NCBI GenBank assembly: GCA_963788345.1
Contig: CAWBGW010000039.1
Coordinates: 3,310-67,309 of the forward strand
Length of the DNA stretch: 64,000 nt
Source of the DNA: an uncultured Acidobacteriota bacterium
GTDB taxonomy: Bacteria > Acidobacteriota > Terriglobia > Acidiferrales > UBA7541
Direction: 5' to 3'
Under the pieces are notes generated by a model that had not been told where the DNA came from, ran no database searches, and saw only the letters and a program-made list of their open reading frames with translations. Shown here in pieces: positions 9,527 through 20,768 of this stretch (position 1 is the stretch's first letter; each line of letters starts with the position of its first letter). The position numbers and the translations under genes are program-made.

Positions 9527-10730
9527 TTACGCTACGCGCTCGAGGATTCCTGCGGCACCCATGCCGCCGCCGACGCACATCGTCACCAGACCGTAGCGCG
9601 CGTTGCGCCGTTCGAGTTCGCGCAAAATCGTGGCGGTAAGCTTTGCGCCGGTGCAGCCCAGCGGGTGCCCCAGCGCGATCGCTCCGCCATTCACGTTCAC
9701 TCGCGACAGGGTCGAGCCCGGCGAGCTTGATCACGCTTAGCGACTGTGCCGCAAACGCCTCGTTCAATTCGATCACGTCAATCTGATCGAGCGTCAGCCC
9801 CGCAATCTTCAGCGCCTTTGGAATCGCGTACACGGGGCCAACGCCCATCTCCTCCGGCGGACATCCTGCCGTGGCAAACGCGATAAATCGCGCCAGCGGC
9901 TTCAATCCAAGCGCGCGCGCCCGCTCCGCGCTCATCACCACAGCGGCGGCCGCTCCATCGCTCGTCTGCGAGCTGTTCCCTGCCGTCACCGTGCCGTGCA
10001 CGTGAAATGCGGGCTTGAGCTTCGCGAGCGCTTCCATCGAAGTATCGGCGCGCGGCCCTTCATCCGTCTCGAACTTCAGGCTCACTGTTTTCGGCCGCGA
10101 ACCGTTCGAACCTCCGTTCGCGCTAGCTTCAAGAACGTTGTAGCTGACCTCGACCGGAACGATTTCGTCCTTGAATTTCCCCGCGGCGATCGCAGCGAGC
10201 GCCTTTTGGTGGCTCGCCAGCGAAAACTCGTCGGCCTGCTCGCGCGTGATTCCATATTTCTTGGCGAGATTCTCCGCCGTGAGCCCCATTCCGAGATACG
10301 CGTCCGGGTAGTGATCCATCAGCCACGGATTCGGCGCAATCTTGTTTCCGCCCATCGGCACCATGCTCATCGACTCGGTGCCGCCGGCAACGGCGACGTC
10401 GCCCTGCCCGGCCATGATTCGTTCCGCAGCCAGCGCGATCGCCTGCAAGCCGGACGAGCAGAAGCGGTTGATCGTCATCGCGGAGGCATCAACGGGCAAT
10501 CCCGCTCGCAGCGCGGCGATCCGCGCGACGTTCATTCCCTGCTCCGCTTCCGGCATCGCGCAGCCCAGAATCACGTCCTCAATTTCCTTCGGATCAAGGC
10601 CCTTCGCGCGGGCCACCGCTTCCCGGATCGCGGCCGCGGCCAGATCGTCCGGGCGCGTCGTCCGCAAAGTTCCTTTCGGCGCTTTTCCCACCGCCGTTCG
10701 CACGGAACTCACAATCACCGCTTCTCGCAT
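9527..10730 (-). pseudogene. acetyl-CoA acetyltransferase / 3-ketoacyl-CoA thiolase, one frame break near the C-terminus
   Basis: The N-terminal 340 aa are canonical thiolase ([19 protein letters not shown]). After ...LAGLDP the frame is lost. The +1 frame continues [23 protein letters not shown]...[16 protein letters not shown] and ends at TAA 9527-9529. This is consistent with one extra base near 9708. Confidence 0.9.
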
Positions 10731-10906
10731 AAGTCACCTCAAATCAACACAGACGCCGGCAATTCTCGCTTAAGCCAACCTCAACTCGGGCTTATTGGAT
10801 GCCGCCTAGCGGAAAAAAGCAACAGCAGCTGGGGGGAGTGGGCGCGAAATATCGGCAGTCTGCCGACAGCAAAGACTCACAGGAATCTCGAATCGAATGA
10901 GGTGGT

Positions 10907-12830
10907 TTACAGGCGGAACTTCACCGTCACGAGCATCTCGATCGAACGTGGCTGACCATCGAGCGTTGACGGCTCGTATTTCCATCTGCGGACCGCATCG
11001 AGCGCGGCTTGCCGCAACATCATGGGACCGGAGGTAACCTTCATGTGCACGACGTTTCCGTTCTTGTCGATCTGCGTGTCGATTACAACGTCGCCCTGCA
11101 CGTGCGAGTCCTTCGCCACCGACGGATAGACCACCGGAGTTGACGATATCAGCTTCGGTTCTTTCACCGTCCCGCCCACCTGCACGGGACCCTCAGAACT
11201 GGCTTCCGGTGGCGGCGGAGCCGCAACCGAAGCAGAACCAACTCCGGGTAGATCGCCCGGCTGACTCGTCGCGCCTGTCGCGGAGTCCAGCGCAGGAGCG
11301 TCGTTCTGCTCCACCGCGCGTTGAGACGACACTGGGTGCGCATTCATCGTCGTCGCCAGCATATCCGGCGAGGCGCTCGCAGCGGTCGGCTGACTTACAG
11401 TCGCGGTCGGCTGATCTACCGCCGCGGCCGGCTGCGACGGCGCAGGTACCGGCTTGCTGCTCCGTGCCGAAGTGCCAGCTCGCGTTCACCGCAACGGATG
11501 GCGCGGGCGCTGCGCTTATGCGCGCGCCACTTGAGGTCCGCAGGCGTCGATGACTGAGCGGGATGCGAAACAGGGAGCTGCGGCGCACTGGGCGCGGCCG
11601 TCTCCCGCGTTGCCGTTTGCTGCGCCGGAACCGCGCTTCGCGACAACCTGACTGTTTGCCGGTTTCGGGCGGAAATACAGCACGCCCCCGCCCACCGCGA
11701 GAAACAGGACCGCAATGCACGCCGCAATCAACATCCAGTTCTGCCGAGGTTCGGCCGTGGAAGCAGCGCCGCCAATTCCGCCATCCAGGCGAGCGCCGAA
11801 GTCTTGGCCCGCGGCTGCGGCATGCTCACCCGCGAGCGCCGGTGCAGTTCCAAAACTTCCAAAAACGCGGCCGCCCTCAGCGCGCCTTCGAATCCGCGGC
11901 GGACTGCTTGGCTTCGCTATCGAGCGACGCAAAAATCGAAGAGACTGTCTCGTCGTCGCCTCGCAGGTCCTCGATTGAAAGTGTCGTCGGCGAGGCAGGA
12001 GCAAGAGTAGCGGACGATTCCGCTGAAGCAGCAGGCGCCACCGGGGTTGGAGTTGCCTCCGTAGCTCGGCTCTCCTTCTCGACCTTTGCCGCCGGCGCAG
12101 TCTTGATTTCGGACGGCTGTACCGTCTTGATCTCGCGCGTGGAGGACGCAGCCAGTTGAACATCTTCCTGCGAGCCAATGGAAACGAATGTCGAAACGGG
12201 CTTTGCGCGGCGGAGGAACCGGCGCCGAGGGAGCGATTGGCCTCACCTCTTTCGAATATGTCGTCGTCTCGATTGGCTTCGGTGCCGGCGCGGTAGGTGC
12301 AGGCGCCCATGACACTTCAAGATCATTCTTCTGCTTCACTTCCGGCGGAGGAGGCGGAAGCCACCGATGGCGCCGCGGGCGCGGCCTTCGCGGGGACTGC
12401 GGAACTGTCCGCCGCAAAATAAACGCCCCAGTATCCCGGCTGCGCTTGCGTGAACTCCACTTCCACATACGCCTGCATGTTCGGGAAGCTGCGCACTTTC
12501 AGGACGCGGCAGATCGCGTCCTGCTTCGATTTCAAATTCGTCAGCACCAGCATCTGGCCCGCGCCAACGGACGCAGACATCCGCAGCACGCCGCCCTGCG
12601 GAAACACGATCATCGTCGTCGTCTGCTCTTCGAATGGCTGCATCTGAGGCGCTGCTCCGCGGACGGCCTCTGTAACGCGCGAGCCGTGGACCTTTACGGG
12701 TACTTCGAGCGAAACGGCATCGGAGCGGAGATGGCCGCCGCGCGGATTTCGGTTGAGGATTGGATTGCGAAACTGCGGATTCTTGCGGCGAATTCCCGGT
12801 TTCGACGGCGTCTTTCGTCAATGGTGCCAT
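10907..12830 (-). pseudogene. TonB-family protein with N-terminal PilZ-like domain, TM anchor and Pro/Ala-rich linker; multiple frame changes
   Basis: The C-terminus is a clear TonB_C domain (VQVGGTVKEPKLISSTPVVYPSVAKDSHVQGDVVIDTQIDKNGNV...RRWKYEP). Upstream pieces sit in different frames. These are MAPLTKDAVE... (ATG 12830), a PilZ-like beta-barrel segment (LEVPVKVHGSRV...TMIVFPQGGVLRMSASVGAGQMLVLTNLKSKQDAICRVLKV), a TM helix (NWMLIAACIAVLFLAVGGGVLYF) and low-complexity linker. Approximate junctions are 12725, 12325, 12210, 11885, 11650, 11540 and 11470. Junctions inside the linker are uncertain. Confidence 0.5.
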
Positions 12831-13005
12831 TAGCGATTCACGGCGACTGGCCGTATCCCCTCAGTTCTCGGGCTTTCCCCCGCTTCTATTGGATTTTCAC
12901 GGCGGGCGACAAAAAGCGGGCAATGGTACCTTCGTACTTTCCATTAACGCTTTGAGCGCACGAAGGAGCGGCGAACCCTGGCCCATCCCCATGCGTTTTC
13001 GAGAA

Positions 13006-13948
13006 TTATTCGCCCTTGCGGGGAACGAAGATCGGAACGGGAGGAGCGACTTTGTACTTCTTCGAGAAGTCGCGCTCGTTGAGGGCCACTCCGAGGCGGC
13101 CGCGCGAGTCGATGTACAGCAGCGGCTGGCCCACCGGAACGTCCATAAAAGTTCTCGCGAATGGAATCGTGTAGAAACCCCGGTCGATCTTGACCGTGAC
13201 CTTGTCGCCCAGCCTGTAGCCAAGGTCGGTGAAGTCGCTGCCCCGAATGTCTGTGATCAAGCTGCCATAGGGATCGTCAAGCCCGATCACGGCTCCGGTG
13301 ATTCCGCTTTTTTCGATTGTGGCGGCCCGTGGGCTCAGCCGCACAAGGTCCTTTACCACGCCTCCCGCCATCGTCCAGTCTTCGCCCGACGCCAGATGCG
13401 CGGCTGCCGGCGAAAAAATGTCGCGGCCATGGAATGTCGACGAAACGTTCTGGCCGATCATCCAGGCGGTATTCGTGATTTCGTGCGCGCCCTCGATCCC
13501 GTCGCGATCGGCTACAGGCGTGATCAACCCGTTGTCCGGTAGAACGAAAAATTGGCCTTTGTTCGATTTCACGATCACGGCTTTCCGCGACGTTCCGACT
13601 CCCGGATCGACGACCACCAGGAAAACGGTGCCGGCTGGATAATACGGCGTCACACCGGCCAGAAACCGGGAGGCTTCTTCGATCGAGTACGGCGTCACCT
13701 GGTGCGTGATGTCCATGATGCGCGCGTTCGGCGCGATTCCGAGGATCACCGCCTTGCAGATGGCTACCGAGTCGTTCGCCGTCCCAAAATCCGTCATGAA
13801 GACGATCGTCGCCTGCGCCGATTCCGACTTTTTCGCTTCCTCTTCGTCGGTCGAGCGCTTGGCGCAGCCCCCTGACACACAGAGCGGCGCACACGAACGC
13901 CGTCGACAGAAACACCACTCCGAGGAAACGCGCGCGCAGGAAACCCAT
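13006..13948 (-). pseudogene. SAM hydroxide adenosyltransferase (DUF62, chlorinase/fluorinase-like) family protein with lipoprotein-type signal peptide; one frame break
   Basis: The core reads IVFMTDFGTANDSVAICKAVILGI...VVVDPGVGT...VLPDNGL...STFHGRDIFSPAAAHL. The hydrophobic leader MGFLRARFLGVVFLSTAFVCAALCV (ATG 13948) is in the adjacent frame. It meets ...SGGCAKRSTDEE at about 13880. Confidence 0.75.
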
Positions 13949-14042
13949 GCAACCCCCGCAAAAAGAATACATCAAGGCCCATTTCGCGCTTCAGCTGAAT
14001 CGAACGATGTGAAGCGATATGTTCAACAGGGATTTACTGAGG

Positions 14043-14070
14043 GTTTCAGGTTTCAGGTTTCAGGTTTCAG
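14043..14070. repeat. GTTTCAG heptanucleotide microsatellite (4 copies)
   Basis: ctgaggGTTTCAGGTTTCAGGTTTCAGGTTTCAGgttttcactcag. It is flanked by the inverted ctgag/ctcag pair and abuts the stop codon (14079-14081) of the amidohydrolase gene. It shares the GGGTTTCAGG seed with the repeats at 21.3 kb. Confidence 0.8.
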
Positions 14071-14078
14071 GTTTTCAC

Positions 14079-15438
14079 TCAGTGCGCGGCCTGAGGCCGT
14101 TTCCGATATTCCTCGTACAGCTCATGGTGACGGTTTTCCGTGCTCGTGAGCTGCCCCTTGATGAATAGATAGCGAACTTGCGTCTTGATCTCGAGCGGGT
14201 CGCCATCCGTAACAATCAAGTTCGCCATCTTCCCGGGCTCGATGGTGCCAAGCTGGTCCGCGAGACCCAACATCTGCGCGGCGTTGAGCGTGACTGCCTT
14301 CAAGGCTTCTTCGTGCGGCAATCCATACGCAACGGCCGCGCCCGCATACTGCGAGAGTCGCCGAGAGAATGCCACTCCGAAGCTGGAAAACGCGATTGGA
14401 ATTCCGGCGGCCTGCAGCTCGGAAGCTTGTTCCATCGGCCGGTCGTAGGGGACGTCTTCTTCATCCGGGCAGTTGTAGTGTGGGCCCGAGAATCACGGGA
14501 ATCTTCTTGTCCTTGAGCAGGTCCTTCACTTTCCAGGCTTCCGTCCCATCCCCGAGAATCATTTTCAAGTTCTGTTTCGTGCAGAACTCGACGGCGCTGC
14601 GGATGTCGCGCCCCTTCGCCGCAATCACCAGCACCGGCAATTTCCCTTCCACCACGGGCACAAGCGCTTCCAGCTTCAAATCGCGCTCGAAATTTGCGGG
14701 CGAACCTTTCTCCTTCGCCTGGGCGTAGTGCCGCGCGCGGTCGAGCCAATCGCTGATCTCGTCGATCTTCTTGTCGTATTCTTTCTTGACGTCCGCGTAC
14801 GGTTTTTCCTGAATCGAGAACGTCGCGAAATCGAACGAGCGCGTCTCGAGCGTCGGCCAGTTGATCACCATCGCAACCGAACGCTTGATCTGCATTTCGT
14901 CCATCGTCCATCCGGCAAGATTGAACGCGGAAGCCTGCCCGGTGATCACGCCTCCGCCCTCGGAATCGAATCCCGAAGTTCCCGGAGCGGCGATCACATG
15001 TGTGATTCCGCTGGCACGCGTCACGGGAATGTGCTCGCTCGCGGGGTTCACGGCCGTCGCCGCGACGACGTCTGGGTTGTAGTTGCCGAGCTCCGTTACG
15101 TCGACCGTTGCGGCGACGGCGCCCACTTCATTCAAACCCACCTGCGTAATCGGGTCGAACAGCCCGGGATACACCTCGAGGCCCTTCGCGTCGATTACCT
15201 GCGCTCCCGGCGGAACATCCACGTTCGCGCCAACCGCGGCGATCTTTCCGTCGCGGATTATTACTGTGGCGTTTTCAACAGCAGGCCCCGCCAGCGTGTA
15301 CACTTTCGCGTTCTTGATTGCGTAGACGCTGGGCGCGTTTTGCGCGCTGGTCGGAAGGGCTAGCAGGGTCGCCGCCGCGGCCAGCAACAGCGCGCAAGTT
15401 GAAGCGCGCATGACCAGTCTCAGAATGCGTGCGTTCAC
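14079..15438 (-). pseudogene. exported amidohydrolase-family protein C (degenerate metal site), one frame break
   Basis: It has a signal peptide (MNARILRLVMRASTCALLLAAAATLLALPTSAQ). VYPGLFDPITQVGLNE replaces the HxH motif. The C-terminus reads GTIEPGKMANLIVTDGDPLE. The frame changes near 14450. A GTGA overlap joins it to the upstream gene. Confidence 0.8.
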
Positions 15439-16884
15439 AGCGCACCTCCCACAACTACGCCACTTCCGCCGCCGCTCGGCTTGCCTGGCTTCTTCTTCTC
15501 ATCCTGTTTCTTCTCGGGTTTTTTCTCTTTTTCTTCCGCGGTCTTCTTTTCCGCTTCGCTCGCCTTCTTTTCTTTCTCGATCAGGTCTTGCTTTTCCTTG
15601 TCATTCACCGCGCGTTGAGCGATGTCGCGCTGGCGATCGAAATAAACCTGCCCGTCAATCAGCGTCTTCTGTACCACCGCATACACGCTCAGCGGATCGT
15701 GGTTGTAGATCGCTAGGTCCGCGTCCTTGCCGACTTCGATCGAGCCCACTCGATTGTCGATTCCAAGCTGGATCGCCGGATTCAGCGTGAACAGTTTCAG
15801 CGCTTCATTCGCCGAGAGCCCGCCATACTTCATGCTCTTCGCCGCTTCCTGGTTGAGATGCGTGGCCTCCTCCGCATCGTCCGAATTCACCGAAACGACG
15901 ACGCCCCGTTCGCGTCATCAACGCCATGTTGTAGGGAATCGCGTCGTACGCTTCCATCTTGTACGCCCACCAGTCGGAGAAAGTGGACGCGCCCACGCCC
16001 GCCGCGGCAAGTTCGTCCGCGATTTTGTAGCCTTCCAGCACGTGCTGGAACGTTCGCACTTTGAAACCAAATTCTTTCGCCACATTCAGCAGCATCAGGA
16101 TTTCGTCGGCGCGATAGCAGTGCGCGTGCACGTACCGCTTGCCTTCGAGCACTTCCACGAGCGGGTCGAGCGTCACGTTTCGCTGCGGCGGAATCAGATT
16201 CTGTTCGCCCGCCGCTTTGCGTTGGTTGTAGTCATCCCATTGCTTCCTGTACTCGCGTGCCTCAATGAAGGCCTGGCGGATCGTTTCCTCCACTCCCATC
16301 CGCGTTCCGGGATAACGTTGCGGCACTCCGGCAGGCGGCCTGAATCCCGAGCGCTTCGGATTTTCGCCGAGCGCGAACTTGATTCCCGGCACCGCGCCCT
16401 CGAACGGAAGCTGGTCGGCCGGTTTGCCCCAGCGCAGCTTGATCACGACGGTTTGCCCGCCGATGGAATTCGCACTGCCGTGCAGGACGTTCGCCTCTGT
16501 CACGCCGCCCGCCAGGTCGCGATAAATATCGATGTCGTCGGCGTTGAGCACGTCTGGAATTCGCGCCATCGACGAAACCGACGGCCCGCCTTCATTCACT
16601 CCGCCTTCGATGGCGATGTGCGAGTGGCAATCGACAGTCCCCGGCGCCACAAACTGTCCCGCCGCGTCGATAATGGTTGCGCCTTCGGGAGCCTTCACGT
16701 CCGCGCCGACGGCCGCAATCTTTCCGTCGCGAATCAGAATCGAGCCGTGCTCGATGTTGCCGTGCGTCACAGTCAGAATCGTCGCATTCTGAATCAGGAC
16801 TGTGCCGGAGTTCTGCGCGTGCGCTGGAAGCACGGCAAACGCCGCGAACAGAACGAGCGCCAGAACGATCGTTGAGTTTCTCAT
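15435..16884 (-). pseudogene. exported amidohydrolase-family protein B (canonical HxH metal site), one frame break
   Basis: It has a signal peptide (MRNSTIVLALVLFAAFAVLPAHA). PGTVDCHSHIAIEGG retains HxH, and VHAHCYRADEI and SVNSDDAEE are also present. The tail is Lys/Glu-rich (KEKQDLIEKEKKASEAEKKTAEEKEKKPEKKQDEKKKPGKP). The frame changes near 15905. An ATGA overlap joins it to the upstream gene. Confidence 0.85.
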
Positions 16885-18338
16885 CGGCTCACCCCCGACT
16901 CCAAAGTCGACGCCCCGCCCGCGTGCATTGGCTTCGGCTCCTCGCCGCCATGTGGAGGCTTTTGCGGCGCGGCCTCCGGATGAATTTCGAACCAACTGCC
17001 GTCAACGAACACGTGCTTCAGCTTCGTTTTCTCGTTGAAAATGTCGCCGTCCGCCACAACCAGATTTGCAATCTTGCCCGGCTCGATCGTGCCGAGTCGA
17101 TCGCCGACGCCGAGAATCGCGGCAGCATCGATCGTGAACGCCCGCAACGCAGCATCTGGCGCGAGGCCCGCGTCGATAGACTTCTTCGCGTTCTTGAAAA
17201 TGTCCTTCGGCCCCGCCAGCCCCTCGGACGAAAATGCGAACTTCACGCCCACTTTCGCCAGGGCCGCCGGTGTTCCGGGAGCGCGGTCACGGAAACGAAG
17301 GTCGCGCAGTGTTTGGTCCGCCTCGGGGTCCGCGTCCTTCGGCCGTTCCGGCCACTTCAGCGTGACGATCACTGGAACGTGCTTCGCCGCGATCGCATCT
17401 GCCACCGCGTAACCTTGCTGCACGCCATAGAGCACGGCGGAAATCTTCCACTCGTCTGCGAGCCGCAAGCCGCGAAGTATCTGCCCGGAATTGTTCGCGG
17501 GGAGGACAACGGCTTCCTTGTCTCGCAGGGCCTGCGTGATCACGCGCTCCGCGCGGTCGTACGGGATCCGCTGATTCTTCGTCGGATTCGCGTCGTAAAT
17601 GGGTTCCGCTTGCGCGTACCACGAGGAGTCGTCGAGCACCTGGCGGATGTACGCGATCGTTCCCATCAACGAATCCGGAAAGCCGAAAAACCCGCCGGCC
17701 GGCCGAAACGAAACCTGCAGTGTGGCTGCCGGCTTCACAACGAAGTCACCCGAGCGCTCTCCGGCAAGATCCACCACGCTTCCCTGCCCGGGGAAAATGC
17801 CTCCATCGGGCGCGCTCAGCACGGTCGTGAACCCGGCGTTGCGCCACGTTTCGATACGCTTGTCGTCCGTCTTGAATTCGTCCGCCGCCACGCGCCACGG
17901 CGTCGTGCCGGGACGATCTTCCGGCCCGTGCGCGATTTCCCCCGCAGGAGCAGCTCGGCGAGCTGCTCCGCGCCCGTCCTGCCGCTGGCGGCGCCACGCT
18001 TCTCTTCTTGCAGGCCGATGTTCGTTCCCGCGTCGATCAGGCCCGGGTACACCGTCAAGCCCTTGCCGTCGATCACCCACGCTTCCGGCGGAATCGTCGC
18101 GCTCGTGCCCACCGCTTGAATCAATCCCTTCGCGATCACCACGGTGCCGCCTTCAATCGCCGGCCCCGACACCGGAACGATTCGCGCGTTCGTGATCGCG
18201 AAATAGCGCGGCTCGCCGCCTTCGCCCAGCGCCGCCCGCGACACATCCGATCAGCGCGCCCATCAGCGGAATGACGGCAACCAGCGAAAGGAACACGCGG
18301 AATCGCGCCAATTTCAACGTATGTTTCATCGGCTTCAT
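16881..18338 (-). pseudogene. exported amidohydrolase-family protein A (degenerate metal site), two frame breaks
   Basis: The leader is MKPMKHTLKLARFRVFLSLVAVIPLMGALIGCV (ATG 18338). It continues ...YFAITNARIVPVSGP...VYPGLIDAGTNIGLQEE with no HxH, then ...GFTTVLSAPDGGIFPGQGSVVDL...GTIEPGKIANLVVADGDIF. Frame changes lie near 18240 and 17950. Confidence 0.75.
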
Positions 18339-18610
18339 AGGACACCCCAGTTTCAGCCACCTTCGGCAATCAAGCTTCTTGTGTTGAACAGCGAAACGGA
18401 CTCGGATGCTATCGGCATGCTTCGCCAAAATCAAGGGCATGCGAAGCCGAAGCACTGCCGGAGACGTGTATTGACGCAGGTCTTGACGCGCAGCCGCGCC
18501 AGCGCGTTACAAACTTTCGTCGGCAGGTTCGGAGGATAAACAGGAGGAAAAATGCAAAGAGGGCTCGCCGAAACGAGCCCTCAAAAGAAAAGGCCAAGAA
18601 CCGAGGAAAG

Positions 18611-20768
18611 CTAGTACTGCTTCATCAGCAACCCGGTCATCACACTTGCGTTGTCCGTTTCGATCATGAGCGCGGTATTCTGATCGACAACGTAGATACG
18701 CCACGGGGAACGACGCTCCGTTTGCTGCGGTAAAGGTAGCCGTGCCGCGGCCGTTCGCGTCGGTGCTGACGATCGTGCTCTTGCTGCTTGCCACATTGAG
18801 TCCGACGATCGTCGTGTTGGTGGCGAAATTATTGATATCCATGCTCCCGGTGATCGTGGTTCCGTTGATTCCAAGCTGCGCGAGTACATCCTGCTCGCCA
18901 CCGCTAGCGCCCGTCGCCTGACCCGTCAGGTTCAGAGCGTAGCTGCCGCTCGGTTCACTCGTAGTTGATTGAAGATAGGCGGAGCCACCTGCGATGACAT
19001 TCGCGTCCGTTTCGAGCAAGAGTACCTGCACTTGGGTCGCCGAGCCCGGGCTCGCGGGATCCACCGGGATCGGAGCTGTGACATACCCTACCCAGTTGGA
19101 AGTTCCTTTGCTTGTGACCGTTGTGCTCGAAATGCGGCCGGTTGTCGCGTCCACTTCATAGCCGCTCGAAGTGATGGTCGCATCGCTTTGGGAGGTCAGC
19201 CCATCGCCGCCGTTGTTGTTGTCGAACACTCCGCCAGTTATGCTTCCGCTGGTCGAAGTCGGTGACGTTCCGCCGCCATTGGAGATGAGGACGCCCCCGG
19301 CCGCGTATGGGCCGCTGCCTGTCGCGCCACCCATCGTGAAGGCATAGTTGCCCGTCTGCAGCAGCGCTGCCGTGTACCCGGCTCCTCCCGGCGCTGGCGC
19401 GAGGAAGATGTCGCCCGCCAAAGACGCAAGTCCGTCTGTTTCGATGATCCGGATATGGTTGTCGCTCGCGACGTACATATCGAAAATGATGGAAGTCGTA
19501 GCGGCCGTGCCCGTCGTCAAAACGCCCAGGTCCGTGCTTGTCAACGTAAGAGTTCCAGTAAGATTTCCGGGATTCAGGCTGTACGAACCCGTAAGGGTCG
19601 TATCATCCGTGGTGGTAGTCCCGTTGGGAGTCGCGCTATCGTTCATATCCAGAACGTTGGTGTTTGGAGCCAACGCGTTGCTTCCCGAGACTGCCGAAGG
19701 CGCCCGCAATCCCCACCGGATTCAAACCATTGATCGAGTCCGGAGACCTGAAAAACATATCGCAGGCCGTTTGCCAGCGGCGTCTTGGTTGTAAACAGTT
19801 GGTCGATGGTGCCGCTTCCGCTTGCGACTCCCGTATTGAAGTTGATCAGCAGCGCATGCTCGGTGCTGGCAAGACAAAACTGCCAGGTTTCTCCGGTGCT
19901 GATAGTCATCGTTCCGCGCCCATCGGGCCCCACGGTAAAGGTGCCTGTTATCTGCTCACCCGCCTGGAGGCTATTTGCCATCGATCGCGTCTTCCGATCC
20001 CGTAATTGTGCCGCCGTCGGTACCGGCCACCGGACTCGCCGTGAAGTTGCCCGTCACGAGAAGGAATCCCGTGGTGGAATCGGCGCCGGAATACGAGAAC
20101 GAATAGGGGCCGCTCAAAGACAGGCTCGAGAACACGACGGTGACCGTCGACGTGCCTGCGTTGCCCCCAACTGTTGCCGTGACCACCGTCGAGCCGCCGG
20201 GCGGCGGCGTCAGCGGCGCGGTGTAGTTGCCGTTCACGTCGATCGTCCCATGAACGCCGTCGCCGCCGGCTGTGCCGTTCACTTCCCACGTCACGCCCGC
20301 CGCAATCGCTCCATTCGAGGTCGCGGTGAACGGCGTAACAGACCCGGCAGGAACGGAAGCCGCAGCAGGACTGACCGCGATCCCTTGCGCCGCTGTCACC
20401 GTCACCACCGCGGTCGCCGAAAAATTGCCCGACGTCGCTGTGATCGCCACAGCGGCCGGAGTCGGCACCGACGTCGGCGCTGTGTACATGCCGGAGCCGG
20501 TAATCGAGCCGTTCGAAGAACCGCTTACCGCCCAGGTGATCGTCGCGCTCGAATCGCTCGGGACATAGCCAGTAAAATCGGCAGTCCCGCCGACAGGCAC
20601 GCTGGCGATGGACGGATAAATCGTGAGTCCGTTCGATGAAGGAGTCGGGTTCCCGCCACCGCCACCTCCTCCGCCGTTTCCGTTTGAGCCGCCGCCGCAG
20701 GCTGCCAGACTCATCAGCCCCGCAACGGTAAGCGCCACAAGCGAGACGAGCTGAACCTTCGCACGCAT
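18611..20768 (-). pseudogene. large lipoprotein with tandem bacterial Ig-like (Big_2-type) domains; about four frame breaks
   Basis: MRAKVQLVSLVALTVAGLMSLAACGGG gives a lipobox. Two Ig-like repeats follow (...TITWAVSGSSNGSITGSGMYTAP...; ...VTWEVNGTAGGDGVHGTIDVNGNYTAP...), then a long G/S/T/N-rich region ending ...YVVDQNTALMIETDNASVMTGLLMKQY*. Frame changes lie near 19980, 19728, 19690 and 18710. Confidence 0.65.

Noticed and set aside
15429-15716. Plus-strand ORF rich in Phe and Leu (FLLGFFLFFF).
   Set aside because: It is the antisense reading of the Lys/Glu-rich tail of amidohydrolase B.
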